Virus record (IMG/VR): IMGVR_UViG_3300013121_000020
Span: 290,092 to 354,091 of that record
Direction: 5' to 3' (one strand)
DNA: 64,000 bases
Source of the DNA: a virus
Taxonomy: Duplodnaviria > Caudoviricetes
Below the pieces are notes generated by a model. It saw nothing but the letters and a program-made list of their open reading frames with translations, was not told the origin of the DNA and searched no databases. Each line of letters starts with the position of its first letter. Position 1 is the first letter of the stretch. A program made the translations under genes and the position numbers. This document shows positions 19,871 through 30,648 of the stretch, in pieces.

Positions 19871-20263
19871 TTATGGCGTATTTGAAGCTGATTGACGGCG
19901 AAAATCATCAATAATCTCATCTATTGGTTTAATATTTTCAACAATTCTGATTTCGTCATTGCCCATATTGTCACTGCGTGGTGGATTTGGATCGATAATA
20001 ATATTGTATAAATCAGTGTAATATGTTGCGATTGTGTCAAGCATTTGATATGCTGATTTATAATTATCACAAATTTGGATATTTAGCTCGCGATGGTCGT
20101 TAATTTCTTTTAAAATGGTATTCATTCGTTCTTTGTAGATCGCACTCAATGTAGCGTCCGTGAAAATTGGGAGTGTGTGCACTCCATTTAACTCAATACT
20201 AAATAATTTCATAGTCGATTTGAATTCGCCATAGGACAGTATAAAGAACGGCAACTTTATCAC
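19871..20263 (-). CDS. Hypothetical protein
   Basis: 130-aa ORF with a GGAGG RBS upstream. Confidence 0.6.
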   Translation of the reverse strand: MIKLPFFILSYGEFKSTMKLFSIELNGVHTLPIFTDATLSAIYKERMNTILKEINDHRELNIQICDNYKSAYQMLDTIATYYTDLYNIIIDPNPPRSDNMGNDEIRIVENIKPIDEIIDDFRRQSASNTP

Positions 20264-20300
20264 GTGACCTCCAGAAAAGATACCACATTAAATAATTGGG

Positions 20301-20714
20301 GTGATTAATATGCAATTGCGAATGATATTTGCATGTAGATTGTTTAGAGAGAGTGCTGATTCTCCGTATTTACAATGGCATAATTGGTTGTCGCAATTGT
20401 ATCGTAGTGCAAGAGAATCTGCGGCTCCAGAAGTTGCTATTTTGCAATTTTATGTAGATCTGTGGGATACATATAAAAAAGAAGCTGATCCGCAAGCATT
20501 TGAAGATATTGCGGAATTTGTAGTAGAAAAAATAAAGAAATTTTTTGGTTTAGTTCCATTCTTCCCAACTAGTTATCTTGATTATCAAGAAGGATGGATT
20601 ATAAGACCGCCTGGAACTAGGATGACTACTGGCAGAGTTCGAGAAGTACTTCGTCCAGGATTGCAAGATAATCAGGGAAATCTTAGAATACCGGCTGTAT
20701 GCCGTGTGGAGTAA
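20301..20714 (+). CDS. Hypothetical protein (GrpE-like C-terminal beta pattern)
   Basis: VREVLRPGL....LRIPA.CRV resembles the GrpE tail; the match is weak. Confidence 0.5.
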   Translation: MINMQLRMIFACRLFRESADSPYLQWHNWLSQLYRSARESAAPEVAILQFYVDLWDTYKKEADPQAFEDIAEFVVEKIKKFFGLVPFFPTSYLDYQEGWIIRPPGTRMTTGRVREVLRPGLQDNQGNLRIPAVCRVE

Positions 20715-20719
20715 TATTT

Positions 20720-21220
20720 GTGAAGCTGAAAGAAATTTGTGAATCGAAAAAAGATAAACATTTCTTTTCTTATAAGGAACTTGGCAACGATATGTGGCGA
20801 AATAAGCTTAAGGAAAAGCGAGATGAAACTGGTATCAATTTTGACACTGAAAACGATGATGCTATAACCCAGCGTGAAATTACAATTGACCAAAATCAAT
20901 GGGAACACACAAAATGTAAATTCAAATGTGAATTGCGAGCAGCTGGCGGAGATTGGGAAAGTCCTGTTTTATATTTTCGATGTGAACTTGTCGATGGCTA
21001 TGCTAAAGGACTTTCAACGCACAGCAACCCACATTTTGTTTTCATCCCAAACAAGGATGATGGTAACAATCTCGTCAAAGGAATGAAGGGTGGTTGGACT
21101 GCTCCTGACAACGAAGCCAAAACTAGGGGCGACGAACGAAAGGCGTGGGTCGCTTTAAATAAGTATCTAAAGAAATTGGTTGATGATGAAATTGCGAAAG
21201 TGGAAAAAAGGAATTTGTAA
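20720..21220 (+). CDS. Hypothetical protein with MKLKEICE N-terminus (putative internal head protein)
   Basis: GGAG RBS at 20708 and GTG start at 20720, in frame with the tracked ORF. Confidence 0.65.
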   Translation: MKLKEICESKKDKHFFSYKELGNDMWRNKLKEKRDETGINFDTENDDAITQREITIDQNQWEHTKCKFKCELRAAGGDWESPVLYFRCELVDGYAKGLSTHSNPHFVFIPNKDDGNNLVKGMKGGWTAPDNEAKTRGDERKAWVALNKYLKKLVDDEIAKVEKRNL

Positions 21221-22392
21221 TGCGGCTTCCTTTGTCAATGTATGTTGTTGAAACAAAAGATAACAATAGCAACCCAATTTTATTTAATACAGTCACACGA
21301 CAACACCTACCAATAAACGCCACAAACGAAGAATTAGTTAAATCACATTTCACACAAGGATCAGAGAAAGACGCTATTTGGTCATATTTATTACGTCGAG
21401 AACAAAAAACTGGTTTTACAATTATTACCACATGGGAATGTAACCTTCGATGCACACATTGTTCTGTGTCGCATAAATTAATGAAGGATGATACTACCAT
21501 AATCGATGTTGATGCTATAGTTGATTTTTTAAATAGATTTCAGCAATTTTATCAAATTCCTAGAATGATGTTAACATTTCTTGGTGGAGAACCATTACTT
21601 AGACCACAATCAATAATTGATTGTATTAATAAAACTGCACATTTAAATCCTTTTTATGGGATTACTACCAATTTAACTGTACCAATTGACGATAAAATAC
21701 TAGAAATTATGCATTCATTGCATAGTATTGGGGTGAGTGTTGATGGTACACATATAACGCATAATGAACAACGTAAATCGATTTGTTTGATATCTGACCC
21801 ATTTTTAGCAACAATTAACAATCTTAAAATATTAATTAAAGCCGGATTTAAACATAAGATAATAGTGCAGGGAGCAATTCCAGATAAATATTTAAATATT
21901 GAACATCGCAAAGAATTTTATCGTTTTTTATTAAAATTGGGTATACCATATAAGAATATTACATATGCATGCCAGCACCCGACTGTGAAACATCCAGAGC
22001 CAAACCAAGCATTTTATTCTATGTTAAAAAGCGATGACTTACGTGGGCAAGTATGTTGTAAATATCGATATCATAATTTCATTTTAGATCGTGATGGTAC
22101 CATTTTTACCGATTATTATACATGGGATAAGACTGGTCACATCACAGATTCAATAGAAACAATCGATCAAAATATTAGAGCAACTATGGCGGCTATGCCA
22201 GCACTAAACGATCCAACATGCAGATCTTGTCCAGCCATTGGTTATTGTTGGGGTGGTTGTACAAATGGTCAGATAATTGTTGGTGATTCTCCTAGTAAAT
22301 ATTGTGATAAGGATGGATTGATACGATCAATTAAACATAACGCTGAGATTGGTTCATTGGTAGGAGGAACACTTAATGATCACCACGGTTGA
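21220..22392 (+). CDS. Radical SAM/SPASM peptide-maturase-like enzyme
   Basis: CNLRCTHC, GGEPLL and C-terminal CRSCPAIGYCWGGC...YC. Confidence 0.9.
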   Translation: MRLPLSMYVVETKDNNSNPILFNTVTRQHLPINATNEELVKSHFTQGSEKDAIWSYLLRREQKTGFTIITTWECNLRCTHCSVSHKLMKDDTTIIDVDAIVDFLNRFQQFYQIPRMMLTFLGGEPLLRPQSIIDCINKTAHLNPFYGITTNLTVPIDDKILEIMHSLHSIGVSVDGTHITHNEQRKSICLISDPFLATINNLKILIKAGFKHKIIVQGAIPDKYLNIEHRKEFYRFLLKLGIPYKNITYACQHPTVKHPEPNQAFYSMLKSDDLRGQVCCKYRYHNFILDRDGTIFTDYYTWDKTGHITDSIETIDQNIRATMAAMPALNDPTCRSCPAIGYCWGGCTNGQIIVGDSPSKYCDKDGLIRSIKHNAEIGSLVGGTLNDHHG

Positions 22393-22576
22393 ATATACTG
22401 ACGAAGAAATAATAGAACTTGGAATCCCATCAGACGATGAAATTGAATTAATGTTGGAAGAACTTGATAATTTAAAACCAATATGTGGAACAAATAGTTT
22501 GACGCATGTGAATAACAACGGTTTTTGTGTGTGCTCTCATATCGGAGCGGTTACGGTTGGTTGTAATACATGTTGA
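22376..22576 (+). CDS. Putative RiPP precursor (acidic leader, 5-Cys core)
   Basis: AGGAGG RBS at 22362. Acidic N-terminal half, then CGTNSLTHVNNNGFCVCSHIGAVTVGCNTC. It overlaps both neighbours. Confidence 0.65.
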   Translation: MITTVEYTDEEIIELGIPSDDEIELMLEELDNLKPICGTNSLTHVNNNGFCVCSHIGAVTVGCNTC

Positions 22577-23676
22577 GAGAGTATAAAATTTTTTGTGAAA
22601 GTCCATCAATATCTAGAATTAATTTGTTGTTAGAGGCGTTGCTTGCATGTGATATAAACATTTCTGCGCATGAAGAGTTATTCAAAATTTGGGAATACGG
22701 TTGCAGACGTAAACACCATTATATTCAATTAAAAACATCTGGGTCGACTTCTGGTGTCCAAAGAACGTATAATTTTGGACCATTCCCAGATGTTTGGATT
22801 AAGAAATTAGAATCAATTACAAAATATCCGTCTGGATTAAAACCAATTTTAATCAGAAACAGAATGGTATTTGAACCACAACACGAAGCGCATTATGTGG
22901 TTGCAGACGAAAACGAATTATACTATTCTGGGTATATTACTGCATCTGCGTTAAACTCAAATATAACCAATGAAATTTGTCGCATTTTAGATGGGTTAAC
23001 TAAGCCATTTTCGTTAATGGCTGAACCAAATGTTTGGTTATATCTTACTTCACATCCAACATTCATTGAATATCTTGTTAATAATAAATCGATGATTAAT
23101 ATTCTTAGCACTAACTGGGAAGCATTTTATAAAACAAAACATTTACGTTCTAATGGTGTTGTTATAAATGACACTATGATTAACTGGTATAATGGTATTA
23201 ACATATACACTTGTGCTTATGGAAACTATCATACATATCCATTATTTGCTGTAAATGGAAATAAAGTTATAAATCTTTTAAACTTGAGCGGGCATGTTGG
23301 ACTTAACGATGATTTATTCATTGTTAGAAATACTGCATGTTCTTGTGGTAAATTGATTGTTTCGATGATTCCACATATTCCTGTTCAGCCAACAATCAAC
23401 AATAGTTTTATTTATAATATACAATTATCTGAATTGTTGCAATCGAAATATGAAAATTTGCAATTTATTCAATTAAATGAATTAATCGATGTCTGCTATG
23501 TTGGAGATATGAACGATCACGATAGGTCACTCATTAAGAATTTTTGGGGTGGCGGTGAATTTAGATTTCGCAATGATACTATATTTAAAATAAGCACCAA
23601 ACTTCCGGTCTTTTATAAGAACATGCTCAAGATAGATTCTGTGACATATATGCGATATGATGATGCGATACCATAA
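22570..23676 (+). CDS. Adenylate-forming enzyme (phenylacetate-CoA ligase-like, divergent)
   Basis: TSGSTSG P-loop and D......CSCG motif. Confidence 0.6.
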   Translation: MLREYKIFCESPSISRINLLLEALLACDINISAHEELFKIWEYGCRRKHHYIQLKTSGSTSGVQRTYNFGPFPDVWIKKLESITKYPSGLKPILIRNRMVFEPQHEAHYVVADENELYYSGYITASALNSNITNEICRILDGLTKPFSLMAEPNVWLYLTSHPTFIEYLVNNKSMINILSTNWEAFYKTKHLRSNGVVINDTMINWYNGINIYTCAYGNYHTYPLFAVNGNKVINLLNLSGHVGLNDDLFIVRNTACSCGKLIVSMIPHIPVQPTINNSFIYNIQLSELLQSKYENLQFIQLNELIDVCYVGDMNDHDRSLIKNFWGGGEFRFRNDTIFKISTKLPVFYKNMLKIDSVTYMRYDDAIP

Positions 23677-24303
23677 TTAAAAGTCTATTTGTAAATGGTT
23701 CATACCATGTTTCGTTAGGTATTTAAGTGCATTTTTGTTAATTGATGGCGATGCTAAATAACCTTTTATGATTCTATTTGGTGTTTCAATTGCTTCTACA
23801 TATCGTAACAATTGTGTGACATCTTTTATCGAGCAGGTTTTACGTTTTACTTCTATAACATAATCTGCATCTGTTGATTTACCAAATATGTCAATTGGAC
23901 CAAGCGATGTTTGATATTCTTGATAGATATATTCAACATTTGAATTATTAAAATATGTGTCCCAATTGTTTACAATCTTAAGTGCTAGCTCACGTTCTGT
24001 TTTAGTGATTGATATTTTGTGATCAGACCAATTTGTTAATTCTACTATCGATATTATATTATATATTCTAATTATAATCTTTTCTTTTTTATACACAAAT
24101 TCTAAAACATTTTCGTTGTATACTACCGACCCACCAGCAAGATAATTTCTTGGTTGAATTAGAGTGGAACCATGAATAGACAAACTATGATCTGGTTTGC
24201 GAATAATTAAATAATTACCACGTTGAAGTATGCTCGATGCTCTACCATCATATATCACATCACAGTCTGCAAACAATACCCAACTATCACTAAATTTTGT
24301 CAT
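23677..24303 (-). CDS. nucS: Mismatch endonuclease NucS/EndoMS
   Basis: C.VIYDGRASS.L..G..LIIRKPD.SLSIH N-terminal domain, plus a GPIDIF....VIEVKR...QLLRY PD-(D/E)XK domain. Confidence 0.88.
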   Translation of the reverse strand: MTKFSDSWVLFADCDVIYDGRASSILQRGNYLIIRKPDHSLSIHGSTLIQPRNYLAGGSVVYNENVLEFVYKKEKIIIRIYNIISIVELTNWSDHKISITKTERELALKIVNNWDTYFNNSNVEYIYQEYQTSLGPIDIFGKSTDADYVIEVKRKTCSIKDVTQLLRYVEAIETPNRIIKGYLASPSINKNALKYLTKHGMNHLQIDF

Positions 24304-24632
24304 GCTTTATATATCAATCGACAATCAAATATCAACTAACCATGGGAGTCATATCAATGAGCATGAGTTCAATATTAATCTACCGTGATTTTCCAATTAT
24401 TAATGGATACGTTCAAGTGCCACCGGTTCGTGCTACAGAAAAAACAAAAATTACTACCGATGAAGCGTTAGATGCTGTTAGCGGATCGGTTGTTACTAGA
24501 TTGTCTCTTGGGTCTGGTAGATGTCGTGGATCAAAATCTGGACAACAAGAATGGTTAAGACTTCCGGCGATCGCGCAAAATGGGTGGTACACTACTGATC
24601 CAACGATTGCTTTGGGTGGTGGTGTTGAATAA
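24297..24632 (+). CDS. Hypothetical protein
   Basis: ORF of about 100 aa filling the gap; the start is uncertain. Confidence 0.55.
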   Translation: MSCFIYQSTIKYQLTMGVISMSMSSILIYRDFPIINGYVQVPPVRATEKTKITTDEALDAVSGSVVTRLSLGSGRCRGSKSGQQEWLRLPAIAQNGWYTTDPTIALGGGVE

Positions 24633-24633
24633 A

Positions 24634-27600
24634 TTATAACATTCTAGATGGTAGAATGTTTGGTGAAGTTTGTAATTGCTTAGCAATACGTCGTCTAGCA
24701 ACTACTGTATCTTCATCTTTTAATATAAGAACTATAGATGATCTATTCTCAATGGTAGTTGAAAAACTTGTTTCTGTTAATGCGCCAGTACTAAAGTTTC
24801 GTAGATATGCATTATATTGTGACGGTTTAAGACCATTAAGAACAGCTAAATCTTTGATAGTAAGATAATTTCCTTTTGTTGTTTTACGATTTGGATCATA
24901 CAATTCACGTTGTAAAACAAGCTCACTGTAGACATTTGATGAGTCAGTAATCGCACACGATTCGATTAATTCATCATCGTCACCATCTCCTGGTTTACAT
25001 AATAATTGTCCTGGTGTGCATCGAAAATTATAATCACCATCTGGGCTGGGTGTTTCACATTCTGGAATATCAAATTCGTATGGTGGCATACGAGCAGCAC
25101 CAATAGAAATTGGATTACATGAAAGATTATTAATATATTGCATCGTTCCGACATCATCGAAACGTGGATGAAATGATACAATATAACATCCAACAGCATT
25201 TTCTGCTGTTGGGGTGCACTCAGTAACTTCTACATCTCCATCTGTGGTAAATGGCGGCAACGTCATCAAAATTTCTTTTATGGTTTTCGGTTCTGAATTC
25301 CACCTAATTGCTGATGAAGTATAAGACACTCCATTTATTGTGATTATTAATCTATAAGATCCGAAATTTGTGTCTATTATTTGGACTTTTTGTTGTTCTC
25401 TTACACCGCCGCCTCTAGTAATCTCTTGAATTACAATCTTTGTTAATCTTAATCCAATTGAAATCGCCTGCATTAGGTCCATTGGATCACGTGCATACAC
25501 TCCTTTAAATTCAACTGTCCATTGGACCGTATGCTGAAATTCATGCGGCAATTTTGTTACTTTAATATTACCAACCAACCATGGAGCTGCAGCAACTATA
25601 GCTGCAGAAACTTCTGCAGCAGATGCATTCCAATCAATCTCATCTGTGATAACCAATCCGCCAGTTGGATTTGGATTAGGTATGCTCAAAACATATGTGC
25701 CACTATTTGCGACTACCGTAATTAATTGCAATTCGTTTGCACCAACACCACCCTGCCAATCAGTTGTGATTGTATAACCGTTGACGGCTGATGTCATATC
25801 AGGAACATTCATAGCACTAAATGTTCCAATAAACCTAACATGCCATGGGCCTTGATATGCAACGTCACGATCACTAATACTGCCAGAAACTGTTACATTA
25901 TTGGTGCCGATAGTTGGGATTGCTGCAAGTGCTGCTTGCATCGCATTAAGAGATGCGTTATATGGAATATTACGAGATACAGACCCAGCAAATATAACTC
26001 TAAGATTGGAGGTAATTCCAGATTCTTTTGTGATTGTTTGTTGTTCGTTGCTTGTCCCGCTACGTAATCTACTGACAGAAGCCGAACCAGTTCCAGTTAA
26101 TCCAGAACCATCTGCCGCCATCAACTGTAAATTCATACCACCCAATTGATTTGTAAATTCTACTAGAAATGGGTCAGTTTCCGACCCAGCACCAGATACT
26201 AAAATGTTTTCTGCACCACCAGTATTTGGTAATGATCCTAGATAATTGCGAACTTGTTTAGCGTTGGCGTTCCAAGGAATTAATGTGCTATTGTCTACAC
26301 CACCATACGTAAATTGAATTGCCCATCGACCACCAGACGAAGACGGGAGAGTTATTGATTGAACTTCATTGACAGCATTTCCTTTTTCAATTTCCTCAAT
26401 CAATAATTCAGATGTACATCCAGGTAATGCATTCGCTTCTCCACGAAGTTCAAATTTTCCAAATTGTAAATTACCTTGCCCAACCGCACTAAAGAAAATA
26501 GGTGATGTGCATTGGTCGATTCCTGCCCCATCAACAGAGTCAAGTATAAAAGTTGTAGTTTCCCATCGAGCTTTATTGCCTTTTACACCATTTCCTAATG
26601 GGGTAATAGTGTCCCATGTTGGAGTTGGATAATTAGCAGAATTTTGATATAGTGAAGCTTTGTTGAATGTTGTTCTAAATTCACGTTCTTCATTTTTACT
26701 ATTACGATAACGAATTATAAAATCAAATGAATTAGCTGGATCTCCAACGTATTGGAATGGACCAGCACATGCTGCTGCGGTATTAATAATTGGATTAACA
26801 TGGTTTATTAGAATCAAAAATTGGATTGATTCAATTAACCCTGTTGGTGGATCGTCCCAAATTGTGGCTAAACCATCTTGCACTGTTCCATTTTTATTGG
26901 CCGGTATTGCCCATAGCCAATTATGTTTTGAAGTGACATCTACAATATCACCATGATTAATTAAGCCAACAGTTGATGTTAACAGTCCAAGACTGGTGAT
27001 TGAATCTTGAACTACCCCAGCATCACCCTGTTGTTTCCAAAAATCGCAAGTTCCTGGTCCGTTGCAATCTGTTGGTATGAATCCTAGGTGACCATCGTTA
27101 ATTGGAATTAAATTAACAATAGTTAATTTAAATGGGTCGTGTGGGTCTCGATAGGTAATTCGTGCAATAATATTGAAAATATTAGTAATGCTTCGTGGAA
27201 CACCATTCCATTCAATATATGTTCTTAAATTGGTGATGCTACCATCGCAATTTGGTGGTGCACTATGGCAAACTAGAATATCATCAACGATGATACTATT
27301 TGATTGTGGCCTAATCCTAATAGTTGCTCTTTCCACGCCTTCTGGTATTAATGATGAAAATGATTTAACACCAACGCTAGTAGTGCTAAAAAATTGTTCA
27401 ATAACATTGTTACTAGTATAATATATTTCTAAAATAATTCCACCGACTGTGATACAATTTACAGATAATCGTAGAATGGTGTTTGGAATCAATTCAAAGA
27501 ATGTTTGTTGCAGCATATCATTTGATAATTGAACGCTGCCACCATTAATAATACCACCAGCCCAGCTGCCACGATTCGTTTCGAATTGATCAAACGCCAA

Positions 27601-29439
27601 TCGTGTCATACCAGTTGGACAATATCCGCCCGGATCGCAACAATAAACATTTTTAACTTTTGCAATACCGTCTGAAGAAAATTCGATATAAAGTGGCCCA
27701 TCAAACTCGCTTGGTATCTGAATTATCGCATTATGCTGTGTTGGGAAATTATTAGAATTAACAATTGTGCCAGAAGCTATTGTGGTTTCATCGTTTTTTG
27801 CTGTCCATGAAAATTGCAAATTGTCGTTTGTAGCTGGAATATTCTCATATACTTCAAACATTAATACTAAATTTTTACCATTAATAGTATCATCAATGGC
27901 TATTCTTACAGGATTTGAGTTAACGATTATAGCGTTAAGTGTTGAATCCCACGATGAATTTGTGAGTGGTGTATTATTGATGTCTGTCCAACCATCTACA
28001 CCATCTTCAAATTCAGAATTCAATATAAGATTATAAACTCCAAATCCGCATGCGCCATCTTCGATTTCATACAACGATACTTCATCAACATAGATTGGTA
28101 TTATATTTGGATTTGTCCTGTTTTCAATAATAATTGTGGCTGTGCCAAATTGTGATACGGTAGCATTCCGTTCTATTGTGACACCATTCAGAATATTTAG
28201 ACCGCCACTAACAGGTTGTGCACCACCAGATCCGTTTAATTCAACATATACATCACCAGATCCAACAACACCAGCAACTTTTAAACGTAATCGTATTTTA
28301 CTTCCAGGAGTTAAATTGATTATTGTTTGTTCCACACTACCATTGTTTAAGACCATGAATCCGTTTGTGCCAGCAGACGCCCATGTTGCTGAACCATTTT
28401 GAGTCCATCCACTAATGGTTGTGTCAAATGATCCATTTATTATTCTATTGATGTTTTCTATGTTTAATGGGTCACATAAGTTTCGTAATGTTGGCACTAA
28501 AAACGATGTGATATAATATACAGATTCGATATATTTTCCATTTGATTGTTCTGCATATTTATTCATTACTTGTCTAGCTGTTAGATCATTTCCAACATTT
28601 ACAGCTATAATATTAACACCACACGATTGTGCCTGCAGTGTTAAATCGTCGATGTGTGCTTGAATTGTTGCGTCATATGTGTTATTTGAGCCACCAGGAA
28701 GTGAGTCAGTGATCACAACTAAAATTTTATATGCGTCATTTCTCCATAGTCCAGCCTCGCCGTTGATTGCTGCTTCGATGGCTCCGTTTGAATTTGTATA
28801 TCTAATTTCTGTGGTGTCAGTGGTTAGTGAGTTTAAAGCTGTCATGAATGTTAAAAATTGGGTATTTGTGCTTGAATGTGTCATACATCCAATATCTAAG
28901 CTAGTATTGATAGTAACATCGCTGCTAAATGTTATTAAAGCTGCGCGATAATTTCCAGATATGCTATCTAATAGATCAAATGTTTTGGTGATATTATCTT
29001 TTAAGTCGTTGATAGCTGTTTGTGTTGTTGTTTTATCGATTGCAAATATTATATCAATTTCGCAATTAGCTGAGGCACATCCAATTCCGCGTTCTGCGGT
29101 GAATGCACAGTCTACATCTTGTGGTATAAAAGCATTTTTAACTATATTACTGAACGCATTTAAATTTTGATGGTTTTGGATACTTTGTGGCGTTGTTGTG
29201 ATAGAATATGTTCTAGATTGCTGTTGTGTTGGTGCGATTGTGTGTGGATATGCTGGATCGCTGCTTCCAAGTGCTGGTTTTGTGTTAAATGCGGCACGCG
29301 AAAGTGAATCTAGGACATTTGGTTTGTTTGATTTTATGGTTGTGCCAGTTTTTCGTTGCGTATAGATTAACTCTACGAAAGTTGGCTGTCCGATTTCTTG
29401 AGTAAGGATTCCAACTCCATCGAATGGGTCTGTTGTCAT
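24634..29439 (-). CDS. Large vWA-domain protein with CBM-like and repeated beta modules (putative virion structural/adsorption protein)
   Basis: DIIFAID...ITD vWA region, NGSF/NSEF..G.DGW carbohydrate-binding-like repeats, and four NE(V/Q/L)Q...I.WNA/YNA modules. Confidence 0.75.
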   Translation of the reverse strand: MTTDPFDGVGILTQEIGQPTFVELIYTQRKTGTTIKSNKPNVLDSLSRAAFNTKPALGSSDPAYPHTIAPTQQQSRTYSITTTPQSIQNHQNLNAFSNIVKNAFIPQDVDCAFTAERGIGCASANCEIDIIFAIDKTTTQTAINDLKDNITKTFDLLDSISGNYRAALITFSSDVTINTSLDIGCMTHSSTNTQFLTFMTALNSLTTDTTEIRYTNSNGAIEAAINGEAGLWRNDAYKILVVITDSLPGGSNNTYDATIQAHIDDLTLQAQSCGVNIIAVNVGNDLTARQVMNKYAEQSNGKYIESVYYITSFLVPTLRNLCDPLNIENINRIINGSFDTTISGWTQNGSATWASAGTNGFMVLNNGSVEQTIINLTPGSKIRLRLKVAGVVGSGDVYVELNGSGGAQPVSGGLNILNGVTIERNATVSQFGTATIIIENRTNPNIIPIYVDEVSLYEIEDGACGFGVYNLILNSEFEDGVDGWTDINNTPLTNSSWDSTLNAIIVNSNPVRIAIDDTINGKNLVLMFEVYENIPATNDNLQFSWTAKNDETTIASGTIVNSNNFPTQHNAIIQIPSEFDGPLYIEFSSDGIAKVKNVYCCDPGGYCPTGMTRLAFDQFETNRGSWAGGIINGGSVQLSNDMLQQTFFELIPNTILRLSVNCITVGGIILEIYYTSNNVIEQFFSTTSVGVKSFSSLIPEGVERATIRIRPQSNSIIVDDILVCHSAPPNCDGSITNLRTYIEWNGVPRSITNIFNIIARITYRDPHDPFKLTIVNLIPINDGHLGFIPTDCNGPGTCDFWKQQGDAGVVQDSITSLGLLTSTVGLINHGDIVDVTSKHNWLWAIPANKNGTVQDGLATIWDDPPTGLIESIQFLILINHVNPIINTAAACAGPFQYVGDPANSFDFIIRYRNSKNEEREFRTTFNKASLYQNSANYPTPTWDTITPLGNGVKGNKARWETTTFILDSVDGAGIDQCTSPIFFSAVGQGNLQFGKFELRGEANALPGCTSELLIEEIEKGNAVNEVQSITLPSSSGGRWAIQFTYGGVDNSTLIPWNANAKQVRNYLGSLPNTGGAENILVSGAGSETDPFLVEFTNQLGGMNLQLMAADGSGLTGTGSASVSRLRSGTSNEQQTITKESGITSNLRVIFAGSVSRNIPYNASLNAMQAALAAIPTIGTNNVTVSGSISDRDVAYQGPWHVRFIGTFSAMNVPDMTSAVNGYTITTDWQGGVGANELQLITVVANSGTYVLSIPNPNPTGGLVITDEIDWNASAAEVSAAIVAAAPWLVGNIKVTKLPHEFQHTVQWTVEFKGVYARDPMDLMQAISIGLRLTKIVIQEITRGGGVREQQKVQIIDTNFGSYRLIITINGVSYTSSAIRWNSEPKTIKEILMTLPPFTTDGDVEVTECTPTAENAVGCYIVSFHPRFDDVGTMQYINNLSCNPISIGAARMPPYEFDIPECETPSPDGDYNFRCTPGQLLCKPGDGDDDELIESCAITDSSNVYSELVLQRELYDPNRKTTKGNYLTIKDLAVLNGLKPSQYNAYLRNFSTGALTETSFSTTIENRSSIVLILKDEDTVVARRRIAKQLQTSPNILPSRML

Positions 29440-29475
29440 TGGTTCCTTACCCTCATTGATATTATAGCTTTGTCT

Positions 29476-29910
29476 TTATAAGTCTGAGATTGTGTTGTTA
29501 GAGAAGTTTGGTGTTGGCATATTGCGAAGCAATTTTATTGTTTTAACCATTTCTTCAGCGTTTAATTTTGATTGTGCAGAATACGATTCTTTTAATTTGT
29601 CTTGGTTGATTGTTATCACAAACATTGGATCGATGTTTTTCATTCTATCAATTGCAACATCAAGTTGTAGACGCCACCAATCGTCTTCTTTGGTCCATGT
29701 TTCTTTTAGGATCGGAAATGCAACTTCTTTTAGAACTGTTAAAAATACTTTATATTTTATTGTTTCTTCAACTATGTGTTGCCATTCTTCGGGAGTGATT
29801 TGTGTATACAATTCAAGCATGCTTCCATCTTCATACCATTTAATTTCACCGTCTAAAACGAAGATAGTTGGATGCTGAGTTTCTCTTTTGTTCTTTTTGC
29901 GTTTGCTCAT
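29476..29910 (-). CDS. Hypothetical protein
   Basis: 144-aa ORF. Confidence 0.6.
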   Translation of the reverse strand: MSKRKKNKRETQHPTIFVLDGEIKWYEDGSMLELYTQITPEEWQHIVEETIKYKVFLTVLKEVAFPILKETWTKEDDWWRLQLDVAIDRMKNIDPMFVITINQDKLKESYSAQSKLNAEEMVKTIKLLRNMPTPNFSNNTISDL

Positions 29911-29967
29911 TATATAAGCCTTTAGATATGTTTTAATTAATTACGATTGGATTGAGAATTGATATGA

Positions 29968-30408
29968 TTAGCTATTACTTGAATCGATCCAATTTTTGAT
30001 CATTTTCAATATTCGTGATTTTTCTTTATCTGCGGCTTGTTTTGTATCTAGCATCATATTTTCTGGCATCCATTCATCTCGGTCATTGCTATAGAAAAAT
30101 TCGCCAGTATCGCGGCTCCTGAGTATATCACACACAACGAATTGTTCAACCACAAGACGTGATGTCAATAAGCTCATAATATTAGCAAAATCCATGTGTT
30201 GCAATTTTGGCAACACTGCCCTACGTGGCCATAAATCTTTATATGGTCCTTTGTATAAAACTTTTGGATGATGTTTCATCATCCATTTATCTGAATCGTC
30301 TAGATTTGGAATATTTTTAGTTGGACGCAGAATTACCCACCAAACAACGTCACCAACACGATAACGTGCTAGCTCTATTACTGAGCGTATTTTATGTTGA
30401 TCACGCAT
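29968..30408 (-). CDS. Hypothetical protein
   Basis: 146-aa ORF. Confidence 0.65.
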   Translation of the reverse strand: MRDQHKIRSVIELARYRVGDVVWWVILRPTKNIPNLDDSDKWMMKHHPKVLYKGPYKDLWPRRAVLPKLQHMDFANIMSLLTSRLVVEQFVVCDILRSRDTGEFFYSNDRDEWMPENMMLDTKQAADKEKSRILKMIKNWIDSSNS

Positions 30409-30432
30409 ATTAATTTTATCTTTTGCGTGCTA

Positions 30433-30648
30433 TTACCCCAAAATTACTTTGTTTGTAGCTTGTGAGACAATATCTTCCGCCATTTTTTGCGTTACACCTG
30501 TAACAACGGTTTCCCACTCTCCGCCACTTCGAACTTCAATTTGCACTCTTCCTTCAACTATGCTTTGACCCGCCATCGGGACTATTCTAGTATTGGTCCC
30601 GCCCACTCGTTTAATCTTTTGGATAGCTTCATTGATGTTTGCTGTCAT
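30433..30648 (-). CDS. Hypothetical protein
   Basis: 71-aa ORF with a GAGGA RBS. Confidence 0.6.
   Translation of the reverse strand: MTANINEAIQKIKRVGGTNTRIVPMAGQSIVEGRVQIEVRSGGEWETVVTGVTQKMAEDIVSQATNKVILG

Noticed and set aside
24656-29170. Many short plus-strand ORFs opposite the 1601-aa gene (and similar antisense ORFs elsewhere)
   Set aside because: They are shadow frames of long genes with no recognisable motifs.
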